Below, in pieces: positions 49,501-61,309 of a DNA stretch of 64,000 nt. The notes under the pieces are model-generated. The model did not search any database. It saw only the letters and a list, made by a program, of their open reading frames with translations, and was not told where the DNA came from. The stretch covers positions 3,906,001 through 3,970,000 of the forward strand of contig JBHGNT010000008.1 in assembly GCA_043228905.1 (NCBI GenBank). The letters are read 5' to 3'. This stretch comes from Azolla caroliniana. Its lineage: Eukaryota > Plantae > Polypodiophyta. Each line of letters begins with the position of its first letter. Position 1 is the stretch's first letter. Both the position numbers and the translations under genes were made by a program.

Positions 49501-50075
49501 AGATGAGCCGGGAAGAACTACTAGCGGTCCGGATACGACAACTGGAGGGAAGACCGAAAGATGTAGCGGAAGCGTCACGCCGACAACAAGAAGCACGATT
49601 CCGGAACAAAAGCCGGTTCGACACAAAGCACCGACTACGACCGAGGAGGATTGAAGAAGGAGATTGGGTGATCGTATATGATAGTAGCTTGGACCATCAA
49701 CATACAACGATGGGGAAATTCGCGAAAAGGTGGTTCGGGCCGTACGAGGTTCGGAAGGTCTTCGACAACGGGACGTACCGACTGTCCGAGTTGGATGGAA
49801 CAATACTACGAGTGCCTATAGCCGGGAAGCGGGTGAAGATTTTTAAGAAGCGGACCGACGACAAACCTTATGTGATCCAAGTCGAGGCCGACAACGAGGA
49901 GCAATCGGACGAAGACCACAATGATGCGGGAAGCGAAGAAAGTGGATTACAACTCATAGTCGACATAAGGGGAGAATCGGAGGAAGCTTCGGATGAAGAC
50001 GGATACGAAGAATCAACAACTTCGGCACATACCGGAGGATGTGCGGGTTTGGAGGGGGCGAGTGTCGTAGTGTAG
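46464..50075 (+). CDS. pol: RT-RNase H-integrase (ORF2) of J, in the -1 frame
   Basis: DLYSGYDQ, LPQGATNS, FLDD; VDTSP/ETDC RH; HESDWAGH...CEKC, VDIV, ADRG, IERGH integrase; GPY; acidic tail. Stop lies inside the 3' LTR. Confidence 0.92.
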   Translation, partial: GFLKRTVAEWGSDSPRSPDTPHRKKPLGAKQVRIGPDGASTYTAVTGGMKKQYRQVEDKLRSASIIKEDEEIVGVIEEVFYGNTLQRLEELAEDKSQGNRVVPVESVEMYEIVAKMGPDALRKEEAMVSTKYKTVEKKVKPAAGPLPADSEQKKKEVSGDPTLRKSVDIGHAFTDETRKKLRIGGGGFLLQEEEKRFREMLEQHGKAFAFTSREIGCIDPKIVEPMVIFTIDHVPWNLKPIPVPWAHIPKVIDLLKEKVAMGILEPSSAPYSNRWFTVPKKNGSLRFIQDLQPVNKVTIRNSGVGPIVDEFAEAFAGRAIYSIGDLYSGYDQFQLAVESRDITTMRTPIGLVRMCTLPQGATNSVAHMMNAMNKVLRDCIPEITMPFLDDIPMKGCAVEEKDETMDDRGCRKFVVDHIHDCEKVLRKIEDVHLTLSGEKSAFGQEEILVVGHLCGPYGRRPSPTKIDAIQAMKEVCESTSEVRRFLGACAFYHIWIPHYAHIADPLYHLLRKGKKFEWKPEHTKAMRKLKKTLWRAESLKKPSYERPIIVTVDTSPTGIGWVINQADSDGSRYPIRFGAKVLNERQRGYAQVKRELWGVVSAIKSDRDYLIGAEVVIETDCLPILGMMRCCTIPDVAMLRWIAYVKSLNPEVRHISGKDNAVADMLSRARFEDDITESDNEEVSEDYFASEHICRVNVIREFREEEYKGETLMIGKMLQEVEDSTNDKERRAEIRRKKRQVQKFFLENGLIWRTPKRPDGIPLRVVGTKEQRNRIMSEFHESDWAGHRGTWATFVKINQRYWWKNMYKDVAEFTESCEKCQVYSGVRHRDELHPTFSPTVNFKWMVDIVAMPTGIGQKKYLVLAREDLTNQVEGRALRRKTCAAVCQFLLEEVFCRYGCVGQVIADRGELDSDKARGFFAKHGVRLTLTTAYNPEANGKIERGHSPIVKALAKACDGRVKDWPQMLPYALWADRTMHSSVTGYMSAELMTGQAPVMPMETAIATWTILPWKEEMSREELLAVRIRQLEGRPKDVAEASRRQQEARFRNKSRFDTKHRLRPRRIEEGDWVIVYDSSLDHQHTTMGKFAKRWFGPYEVRKVFDNGTYRLSELDGTILRVPIAGKRVKIFKKRTDDKPYVIQVEADNEEQSDEDHNDAGSEESGLQLIVDIRGESEEASDEDGYEESTTSAHTGGCAGLEGASVVV

Positions 50076-51739
50076 GTTGCACACTATGTGGAAATTATAT
50101 TTTTGTCCCTCCGGATAGAGAATGGAGTGCTCGGTGAGAACCGGAAGAAAACGGCAACCGGCAAGGAAGAAAACGGCATACCGGCAAGGAGGAAGAAAAC
50201 GGCATACCGGCAAGGAGGAAAAACGGCATACCGGCAAGGAGGAAAACGGCATACCGGCAAGGAAGAAAACGGCATACCGGCAAGGAAGAGCCGGATAAAG
50301 AGACATAAATGTAAAAAGAAAGGAAATATTTACTACTGCGCAGGGCGTGATTCAAACTCTGCACCTCCACGTTGACAAACCCCAACCTTACCATTACATT
50401 AAATTATCTTAAGTGTTTTAAATATAGATTTAATATGTATAAGACCTTTATTTATGCATACCTTTATTAAAAGGTAAATCGTGTATTTCTTTAATATATG
50501 AAAAAGAAAATACACGAGACACTAAAAATAACTCAGGCACATCTAGCGTGCATGAGCCCTATACTTAGGAAATAAAAAAGCATCACATGCACATTTAGTA
50601 GACATGAACACTTTTTGTAAAAGAAAAAAAAAAGCATGAAGCCATGCTTAGCTCTTCTTTCCTTATATAAGGAGGAGAGAAATATGTAAAGGGTTGTTGA
50701 TTATTTGGATTAAGTATTAATCAATACAAAAATTATTCGTGGGATTCACGATTTATACATCTACTTCTCTCTTAACACCCTAAGTACCAATTAATATAGT
50801 ATACTCGTGTGATTCACGAGTTTCTTATCTTTCTCTTTGCTATTTACTCTTAATTAATCTCTATCTCACGAACTTCTTTCTCCTAGTCCAAGACCTCTGT
50901 GGTTCCCACCCGACTCACGCAACGATCCGCAGCCGAAAGGCACGACACCGGGAGCAACCGAAGGGAGAGAGGGAGAGAGATGCTTAACACCGACTCACGC
51001 ACACACACGCACACACACGCGCACACACGCACACACAGCCCGACCCGACTCACGCCCTTATGTACAGAAACGCAGGAAAGGGGTAGCACCCGACACCAAC
51101 AGAGACGCGGATGTACACAGACAGACGCAAATGTATATATATATATATATAAACAAGAATACATTCCCGGCTTCGAGCCGAACCAAGGTAGGTTACAGTA
51201 GTCGTCAGCTGTCAAGCCGCCGGTCGGGGAGCTCACGGGCTCGTCGCGCCGAGCGGGGTCTTGCGCAGGAGATGAGCTGAAGCAAACCCTAAGCGAACAC
51301 GAAGGAGAAGAAGAAGAAGAACCTAACTCTAAACCTAATGGTATACCCTCTAATGCAAAATGGGCAACCCTTTCACAAAGGGCGTTCCCTTCCTTTTATA
51401 GAACAAGGACAGGGATGCGTTACAATGTGGGACAAATCCCGCCTTACATGGGATCGTCTGCCCTGACTTGACTACTCTTCGGCGCCATAAAGGCACCCTC
51501 GATATTCACACTAAATGTACATGGGTGCACACACGCTACACCCCGCCGATGTAGCCAATTTTTCCCGGTTTCCGCCTCTAGCCGAAATTCTTCACGACAG
51601 CGCTCTCTCTCTTTCTCTCTCCCTTTCGGTTGCTTCCGGAACGCGTCTGGAATCGTCTTCTCAGCTTCCCTTCTTCCCTCGTCTAAGACCCCCGTGGTCC
51701 CGCCCTTCTACACGCGCGCGGGTAATAACGCGACAACGT

Positions 51740-54700
51740 TCCTATTTTGTTGGTTTTGTACCAACGTACGCTCGAAGCATGTCCTCAATAAATTGATTTA
51801 CTCATTCTGTTTGTCCATCGGATTAAGGATGATCTGTGGAGCCCATGCTCAACGTAGTTTCTAACTTCTTAAAGACTTGCATCCAGAAGTCACTAGTAAA
51901 ATTTGGATCTCGATCACTCACGATATCCATCGGTAACCCAAAAAAATGAAATAACTTGTCAACGAATTGGTAAGCCAATTCAGGAGCTGTTACCTTGGTT
52001 TTAGTAGCAATAAATCTGGCCATTTTAGTTAGTTTGTCAACCACAACCCAGATGGCATCATGATCTTTTTGGGTGCGAGGAAGGCTAACAATAAAATCCA
52101 TGGATATACTTTCCCACTTATTATTGGGAATGTCCAAGGGATGTAAAAGTTCTACGGCTTTAAATCGCTCGACTTTGTTAACCTGACATTGGTGAAATTG
52201 TATGTCAGGACGCATCTTAGGCCAATAAAATTGAGTGGCGATGAGAACGAGTGTACGATGTATTCCAGGGTGCCTTGGTAAGGGTGCATCATGGCATTCA
52301 AAAAGAATTCTCTTTTTTACCCCAGGCAAATATGGAACACAAACCTTCCCATTACGATAGAGTAGACCGTTAGCAATGTGGAAGTATTCCTTCGAGGATG
52401 TGGTGGGGTCTGTTCCAGACTCAACTCTTGCCTAGTATTTTGCAAAATAACTGTCATCAGGATACTTTCCTCGAAGGTGATCATAAAGATCTGATGTTAT
52501 TTCAGTGAAGCTAAGCATGTTAACTTCACGGATGTGACTTAGTGCATCAGCGACAGTGTTCATGGAACCTTTACGATATCGTATGGAAAAATCAAAGTCG
52601 TGGATGAGATCAGCCCATCATGCCTTACGACCTTTCAGGTCTTGTTAGTCACAAAAATATTTCAAGGACTCGTGGTTCGTAGTTACCACAAAGCGATTTC
52701 CATAAAGATAATGGTGCCATGTTTTGAGCACATATATAACTGCAAATAATTCTTTTTCTTGAACAGTATACCGACATTGAGCAGAATCAAGTTTCTTACT
52801 CTCGAATGCTATTGGTTTACCATCATGATATAAGACAGCACCAATAGCATAATCGCTTGCATCGGTTTCAACCTCAAAAGGTTTTGAAGGATCAAGTAAA
52901 AGAAGTGGAGCCTTGCAAACCAGGTCCTTGAGTTCCTTAAAGGCGAGGTCTAGTGCAACATTCCACACAATAGGTTTTGTAGACTTTCGTGTTTGACCTT
53001 TTAGAATATCAATAAATGGCGTCGTCAATTGGGAGTAATTACGAAGAGATTTTCGCAAAAACCCGACAAAACCAAGGAATGATCGAACTTCTCGAATATT
53101 CTGAAGCCTGGGCCAAAGCTTGATTTTCTTGATGCGAGAAGGATCAATTTCAACTCCTCGTTTGGTTATGAGATGTCCAAGATAAGTAATTGATTTCTTG
53201 AAGAACTCACATTTTGAGATCTTCGCGTAAAACTGTTTGTCATGCAATGTTTGTAAAACAAAGCAAACATCTTTAGCATGTTCTTGTAATGTACGGCTAT
53301 AAACTAAAATTTCATCCAAGAAAATAACAACAAATTGTCCAAGTTGTTCTCGGAAAATGTTATTCATTTCTTGTTGAAATGTAGCCGGAGCATTGGTCAA
53401 ACCAAAAGGCATAACCAAAAACTCATAATGGTCATAGCGCGTACAAAATGTTGTTTTAGAAACATCGTCCTCACTTATACGAATTTGATGGTAGGCAGTA
53501 TGGAGATCAAGTTTCGTAAAATACCGAGCTCCCTGGAGACGGTCAATTAGATCGTCATCCCGAGATAATGGATATGAATTCTTGATCGTCACTTTATTCA
53601 AGCATCGGTAATTAATACACATACGCCATGTGCCCTCTTTCTTTTTAACCAAGAGAATTGGTGCCCCCCATGAAGATTTGCTATAACGTATATAACCCAT
53701 TCGTAAATAGTCCTTGAGTTGCTTAGTTACCTCATCCTCTTCAGATCGACTTAAGTGATAAGGAGGTACACTTATTGGTTCAACGCCAAGTAGAATATCT
53801 ATACGATCGTCTATATTACGTTTAGGAGGTAAACCATCTGGTAGTTCACTCGGAAAAACATCACGAAAATCATTTAAGATTTCATCAAGTTGTTGTTGTT
53901 CAAAATATGTTAATTGAACCGAGACATTATCGATATTGTAAACGTGAATGTCCGGATCAAGTACACAATAAAATAGAGTAGAACAAGACAACTCGGATAT
54001 TGATGGACACGAGGAAACAATCGAGAGGGATTGTTTTTTGACACATTGAATAAAATGAGTACAATTGTTCAATACAAAAGTTATTGAATGATGAATCCAA
54101 TCAATAAATAAAGAAGAGTTTTTATTATAAAACCAGGGATAACCCAGTATTACGTCGGTGGTACAAAGATTCATTACATGGAAGTCTACTTCCTCTATAT
54201 AAGTATTAATAGAAATTCCTAATGAATGAATCGCCATGTTGATGTATTGTACTCTTCCATCAGCCAAGTGCACCGTGTAGGTGTGATCACTTACGGTGGG
54301 TTGGATTCCCCATATCTGAACCAAAGGATCATTGACAAAGTTGTGTGAGCTTCCCGAATCAAACAAAAATTGTACGGGAGATCCATTGATATACCCGTTT
54401 GCACGTAGTAAATCATTGGGACCCAATACATAGTGAGGGAAAGAACATTGACAATTACTTAAATGATGTGTATAGACCTAAAGGACATTAGGAATCTAAC
54501 CTTTATGGTCTGCAACTTTAGCTTTGTTGTCATGCTTTTTCCGTTGGAGCTTTCGCCATTGCTCTTTTGTATGACCCTTCTTTTTGTAGAATACGCAAAA
54601 AGGATGTTGTCGCTTACAATCGCGATCCATGAATTCATTGGGTGTCTTGCGTTTCCCAGCAAATTGCGAATGCTTTGTCCCGGGTGCTTCGTTGGGTTTG

Positions 54701-55150
54701 TTGTGGTCCTTTGAAGTGCGTTGATAGCGAAGAACTATTTCAACAGCCTCTTCGAAGGATTTTGGATCCTTATCGTGTACTATCCAGTGATAGTCCGAAT
54801 TGGGGATGCCATTGACAAAACAAGCTATCAACCAATTGTCCCATTCTAGACCCGACTTTTGGATTTGGGTTCTAGCATGGTGAACGTAATCTTCTAGCGA
54901 GGAAAATTTCCAGCTAGAGAGGTTCATTAAAGCTTGTGCTGCCTCGCTTCGAGAGGGAGGTTGTAGAAATTGGCCCTTAAAAATTGTGACAAAATCTATC
55001 CAGGTATCAGGCAATTTCCCTAAAGTACAAAGCCCACACCACATAGTTCTCGGCCGACATATGCAATCTTCGTACTATCTGGCATGGGATAGAGCTCAAA
55101 TTGAGACTCCTATCAGCCCAACGACGTGCAGATTGCTTCTTCGGTTCTTT
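51740..55150 (-). pseudogene. gag-pol of element I
   Basis: ORFs 54496-55044, 52645-54426 and 51823-52329 are collinear with A; premature stops and small deletions. Confidence 0.9.
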
Positions 55151-58100
55151 GCAACTCCTCCTGTTCCTCCTTCATCGCCACTACTCGGAGCGGGATGTCG
55201 TTTCTCTTCTTCGGGTGCTTCCATAAGTATCCGTCCCGGAGAAAGAATCGGTACGCTTTCTTCCGGATCCGGTTGGCCTCGTCCTTTGTCCATGACGCGT
55301 CCGGCGTCATCGTCCTTAAGAATCCTCCAATCTGCAGCCACTCCCCATCGTACATGCTTTCGTTAAAATCGTTAAGCGCCGGAGTGCTCCCCCCCTCGGT
55401 TGTTACGTAAGCCGCCTCGAAGAAGTCCACGCCGACTTCCTCGTCCTCCGAAACCATGTTGCCCTCGTCGTTGAATCGCGTCCTCGAAAGCATGTCGGCC
55501 ATGGCATTGTCTTTCCCGGAAATGTGTGTGTCGTATTTCCGGATCCAGGGACATGATGTACGCTATCCACCTGAGCATTGCCAGGTCCGGGGTTGCGCAT
55601 CCGGAAACCATGCCGAGAATCGGCAGGCAGTCCGTCTCGATAATCACCTCTGTCCCGATCAAATAGTCTTTATTGGCCTTCACCGCCGAAACGATACCCC
55701 AGAGTTCGCGTTTAACCTGGGCGTATCCTCGATGTCACTCACTGAGGACCTTCGCACCGAACCGGATTGGGAACCGAATGCCGTCCTCATCTTCTTGGTT
55801 GACAACCCATCCGATCCCGGTCGGACTCGTATCTACCGTTATGTAGACGGGAGTGCCTTTCTCATAGACAGCCTTCCGGAGTGCCGGTGCTGCAGCAAGA
55901 GCCTCCTTCATCTTTCGGACCAACTCCGTATGCTCGTCTCGCCTCTCGAACCTCTGTACCTCCGTTTCCGAGTTACAGTCGGGCTTCATTGCGGAGATGG
56001 CTTCCACCTTAGCCGGAGACGGTTTCCGGCCATACGGTCCGCATAGATGTCCGATGACCATGATCTCTGATTGCCCGAAGGCCGATTTCTCCCCGGAGAA
56101 GGTGAGCCTCGCTTCCTCTAGCCTCTTCAGCACCCTCTTGCAGTCATCAATGTGTGTCGCCACGAATTTCCGGCATGCGTCCGGTCCGATCGTTTCGTCC
56201 TTTTCCTCCACTGGACATCCCTTGATCGGGATGTCGTCCAAGAATGGCATGGTGATGTCCGGGAAACAATCCCTTAGCACCTTGTTCATCGCATTCACCA
56301 TGTGGGCCACCGAGTTCGTCCCTCCTTGTGGCAGGGTACACATCCGCACTAGGCCGAGAGGAGTCCGCATCGTCGTAATGTCTCTGCTCTCTACGGCTAG
56401 TTGGAACTGGTCGTACCCCAAGTACGGATCACCGACCGAGTAGATCGACCTTCCGGCGAATGCCTCCGTGAACTCGTCTATCGTTGGTCCGATTCCTGCA
56501 TTCCGAATGGTCACGCTGTTGACCGGTTGCAGGTCTTGAATGAAGCGCAACGTCCCGTTCTTCTTCGGTACGGTAAACCACCGGTTCGAGTACGGGGCAC
56601 ACGACGGTTCGAGGATGCCCATATCAACTTTCTGCCTCAATAGCTCCATCAGCTCCGGGATGTGAGCTCTCGGTACCGAAATTGGCTTGAGATTCCACAG
56701 CACAAGTTGTACCGTGAATATCACCATCGGCTTCACGACTGTCGGGTCTACGCACCCGATCTCCTCCGGCGAGAATGCGAAGGCTTTCTCGTGCCTTCCG
56801 AGCATTCTCCGAAACCAGTCTTCTTCCGCCGGCAGTAGGAACCCGCCCCCATCGATTTTGAGCTCCCGTAGCGTTCTGTCGTGAAGGCGTGCCCTATGCA
56901 GGCCGGATCTCGTAAACTGGGGTCCGACGCGACCCCCTTGATTCGCAACTCGCTGCCCTCCGGTAAGGGTGCCGCGACTGGCCTTACCTTCTGGTCCACA
57001 GTCCTGTACTTCGTGTTAACCTGTGCCATCCGATCCGACTCGAGCCCTCGACTGAAGTCCGCGATGACTTCGTACATCTCTTCTGAACAAACCGGTATCG
57101 TTCGGTCCTCTTTAAGGCCCTCTCCGACCACCTCTCGCAGTATTCCCAAGGTATCGTCGAGGGAGACCGCCTCCACGGCTCCGTTGATTTCCTCGCTGGG
57201 ACCGAGAACTTCGTACGCCCGAAGTCGCTCTTCCGCCCTTGTCTTTTCTCGGCCAACGACGTCGACTATCGTACACCCTCCGTTGTCGGAGAAACAAAAC
57301 ATCCTACTTATGGTACAGGGTTTCTTCGGTTTCGCCTCTATCGTACATTTGTGGGGTTTTCCCGGACTGTCTGGACTGTCGTAGCCCCACGCCTTGACAG
57401 CCCTCTCTAAAAATCCTCTCGGTTCTCACCACCTAGGGACTCGCGGTTTCGCTCGTGGTTCAGTCGCACCGTCAGGAACTGGACCAAATGACGCCCATCC
57501 TGACTCTTGACCCTCGCGTAAGCCGACCCATTGTCCAGCACCTTGGTCTCCATCCGCGCTGCCGTAATGTACGGTTCTCCCAGTATGATCGGGTGCGAGG
57601 ACGTCTCCTGCACAAAGAAGTGTTAGTCTATCTCGACGTCGCCGATCTTGACTCGCACATTTGGGCAGGCCCCGTGTAGTTCCTCGGTGGCGCGCGTCAC
57701 CGCTCGTATCTTCCACCCGTGCTTGGTGTTGATCGGCCATTTCCCCTTCTTGTAGAAGTCCATGGACATCAGGTTTATTTCCGAACTGTGGTCCACCAGC
57801 GCCACCACCGGTTCCTGAACTTCTCCGATCTTCACCGGGGTTTCCGTGGTCGCTCGGGCCCAGTGTGGCCTCGAATAGTGGCTCTCTGCCCACTCGTCTT
57901 CCATCGCCATGTCCTCCATGTGCGTCGTCCGCACCTCCACCGGCCTTTCTGATTCTGCCTCCGTCGACATCCTCTTCCTCTTCACCAAGTCTACGATGGA
58001 GTCGTGGAACTCCTTCTTGGCGATTCCGAGCACCTCCCGCAACGACAGTTCCACTTTGTTGTCAAGGATTCGTTCTTCCAGGACCTTTCGTAGGTCCGTG

Positions 58101-60226
58101 GTCCTTTCGATCTCCGTGCCCAAATGGTATCCGCCCTTCTTGTGGTTATCCCGGGCACTGGACTCACCGGCCTCGTTCCGTTTCGGCCTGAATCGGGTTT
58201 CGTATCTCTGTGAGAGTCCGGCCCCTCCTGTTTTACCTACCCGTTTGTCTTCAACTAGAGCCTCGTAGTTCTGGCAAGCTGCTTCGACGAAACCCGTCTT
58301 TTCTTCGACCGGGTCACTCCATCCGGTTACCTCCTGGACCCGCTTCTCCGCGCGGTCCGCCTCGTCTCTCTTTAGTCGGGCACCGGCGAGGCCTTCCAGC
58401 ACCGTCGGCCAGAACCCGACTTTGCTCTCCTTCCGATCCTCGCTGCCTCCGACCCGAATACCGGCTGACGCTGAGTAGTGGACAGTCTCTGCGTGCCGGG
58501 CTGCCGCCTCTTCCATCAGCCTTTTCATTCCTCCTCGCCCGTCAATTCGGTTCAGGGCCCTCCAGGTATCGTTGGCGTGACCCGACCTTCCCACAGGTAC
58601 ACTACCCGGCTTCTCAAAGCCTCCATAAAGTCCTCGCAGTCTTTCCGGATGTGGCCGACCTCGTCGCACCACATGCACCTACTTCCTGCCGGAGGCCGTC
58701 GGTCACGAGCCTGATCGCCGCCTTCCCTCCGAGCCTGGGCGATCTGGAGATCCTTTACCGCTCGTGTCAACTCTTCAAGAGTTGTTCCCCCGGACGAGCC
58801 TCTGATCACGCCGGTCGAAGACGAACCAGTTTCGAGCCACTCCCGGGTCTCTTCCCTTCGCGCCTGCGGTATCAGTTCGAGCTTCCTTGCTGCGACAGGT
58901 CCCGCCCCGGTCGCCTCTGTATCAGCCCACTCCCACCGTTTGTCAAAACGGCCGCAGACTCTCTTTACCTCGGCCCAGTCGGCTGTCAGCCCGTCTTCGG
59001 TTTCCAGTAAGGAGCCAACTTGCCCCCGATCCCGTGCGTCAACAGATTTGACAAATAGTAGGACACGACTTGTGTCCAGAATGGTCCGATCGAGCGCCGA
59101 AAGGCGCACAAAGCGTTCCTCAAACTCCCGGAGGAGTACCAATGCATTTCTTCCTTTGTTGGGGGACTCCACCCACTCCATGAAGCCCCGCTTCGAAAGT
59201 CGAAGCGCGTCATCCAGCCCGTATTTCTCCAGGAGCCGTCCTTCGAACTCCTCCCAGGTCCGGCTCTCCGCCCGGACCTCGAGCACCTCCGCATGGATGC
59301 CCGACATCGCCACTCGAGGGAATCCGGCAAGACGCCTCTCTTCCGGAATATCCCTCATCAACATCTCTGCCCGGTAGGATGCCAAATAGCTCGTGGCATC
59401 CTTTCCATTGAACCGGCCAATCATACCGACGATCGCCTCAATAGCCCTGTCAAGGGCGCCGGTGCCCTCGCGCGCGCTCACTATCCGGTCCACGGCCGAA
59501 GCCATGGCCTCTGCAAGATCCGACCCCCTCATCTGCTCCTCTACCGCCTTGTTTCACGTCGGGTTCACCAAAGATGTCACGTTACTACGCGCGTGCATGG
59601 AGAAACGAGGCGGGACCACCGGGGTCTTGAACCGAAGAGCAGGTGATAGAAGGGGAAAGAGAGAGAGAGAGACGCCCAGTCACGTATGAGCAAAGAAACA
59701 CAGGGGCACGGCCCGTCAACACAGAAGACGCGAATGGACACAAAGACAGGGAGACACAAGTTTTTGTAAATTAACGAATAACAAATACACAACAGAGCAC
59801 GTGAGCGGTTACAACCGAACAGGTCGGCGAACAGATGTCGATGCTTGTTCGTCTGCGCACGAAAGGAGAAAAGGGTGGAGGTGCTGCCGGAAGCACACGG
59901 GCGTTCCTCGGAGCAGCGCGAGCCTCCCGAAACCCTGCAGAGAAGAGCGATCGAGAACGAACAGAGGAGAAGCGTTCGGTTACGGTCTGACAGCACTTCG
60001 TCCTCCTTAATGTGCAATCCCTTCTCTCCCGCGTCTCCCTCTCTTTTATAGCTTAAGGAAGGGAGCCGTCTCCCTCATTTACTTCCTACCTACCGAATCT
60101 AACTACCCCCGGATATGCCTATGTACCTAATTTCCTATTATATACATTAAAGGGCGCGCACGCGTGAAGAGCCGATTCACGCGCGCTATGCACCGATTGC
60201 GCTAAGGGACGGTTTTCTTCACGACA
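55151..60226 (-). mobile_element. Element K: Trp-PBS gypsy, 3'-deleted
   Basis: 5' LTR 59575-60226, PBS 59553-59570, broken gag-PR 59532-57407, RT-RH to about 55151 where it fuses to I gag. Outer flank ACGT. Confidence 0.88.
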
Positions 60227-60579
60227 ACGTGTGTCATAGGAGTGACCTCACATGAAGTGGGCCAAGCCCTACGTACTCAACATCATTATGGTTATAGGCA
60301 TTTCTTTACATAACGAAATATCGAAGTCACCAACGTGGATTTCAACAATAAAAAATTGTTGAAAAAAGGGATGGTGACAACGCTATTCTCACAAAAATGT
60401 GAGGATGGCCACCAAGATCCTTTCCCCGAAAAGCAAAACATTCGATTTAAAATCACGTAATAACTTATATACACAGATGTATATTATCACATATATACGA
60501 TGAACTACGTATACACGTGACCACATATGCCTAAATTAAAGAAATCGTTATATTTAATAGACAAAAATGATGTAATCAA

Positions 60580-60835
60580 GACATATACCTCTACGCACAC
60601 GAGACATCCAAAAATAAACGTTAATCATAATACACAATTTAGGCATTGACCTCTTACGCATATGAGACCAAACGCATATCATTTACAACGAATCGAGGTA
60701 TTTACCTCATATGCAAATGTAACATATGTATGTGAGCGTAATACACAATTGAGGTATTAACCTCGTACGCATATGACACCAATCACATATTATTTATATG
60801 TCAAATGAGGTATTGACCTCGTGCACATATGTAAA
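60580..60835. repeat. Degenerate tandem repeats in the 5' UTR of I
   Basis: GAGGTATT(G/A)ACCTC...GCATATG units, 4-5 copies. Confidence 0.65.
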
Positions 60836-61309
60836 CGTTTTATATAACCAATTAATTACCACTACAACATCATTGAATATATAAAAACAATTACATATTA
60901 ACCATACACATGATTAAATTGGGAGAAGAAAGAATAGAAAAAAAACAAGAAACATTACCAAAGTTCCTTTGTTGATTGTTGTTTGGAACAAGGTCGACCG
61001 CACGTTGATCAATCGCCATCCATGAAGAAGACAAAACCAACAAAAGAAACATTAGAACATAGGCTCTGATACCAACTATTAGAGACATGAACTAATGTAA
61101 GCATTAGATAAGGATAGAATATAGATAGATAGTTAGAAAGGAGAGAGAGAAAGAAGGGTGCCGATCCACCCAACCACCCCCGAGCGAAGGGATCGAGACG
61201 GACTCGAGCCTCGATCGGCGTCCCATACCACCGTCATGGCATCGAGTCATACCTGGTGCTGGCGCGCTCGCTACAGGAGTTGACCCACCACAAGACAGAA
61301 TCTTGACGT

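Larger units (their letters stand above)
43535..50947 (+). mobile_element. Element J: intact, very young Ty3/gypsy with Trp PBS
   Basis: LTRs 43535-44395 and 50063-50947 are near-identical (one extra 23-bp unit, one extra A and one substitution seen). TSD CCGG; both ORFs uninterrupted. Confidence 0.95.
39140..51599 (-). mobile_element. Element N: non-autonomous, gag-only LTR element with Trp PBS
   Basis: 3' LTR 39140-39895; 5' LTR 43415-43534 plus 50952-51599; TSD GCGC; PBS 43393-43410; 3.5-kb interior with no PR, RT or INT motifs. Confidence 0.88.
38468..51735 (+). mobile_element. Element M: solo LTR (38468-39139 plus 51604-51735) split by N
   Basis: TGTCGTGAAG...CGCGACA with 4-bp TSD ACGT. 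Removing it restores I integrase (PTK*ERYLPILEF). Confidence 0.85.
37345..61309 (-). mobile_element. Element I: chromovirus (Ty3/gypsy) hosting M, N, J, K and L
   Basis: 3' LTR about 37345-37796 matches the 5' LTR part 61077-61309. PPT GAGGGGGAGTA, iMet PBS 61063-61074. Coding pieces at 37783-38467 and 51740-55150. Confidence 0.9.

Noticed and set aside
54426-54500. Stop-codon readthrough between gag and pol of I
   Set aside because: Two in-frame TAGs where A is open; best explained as decay.
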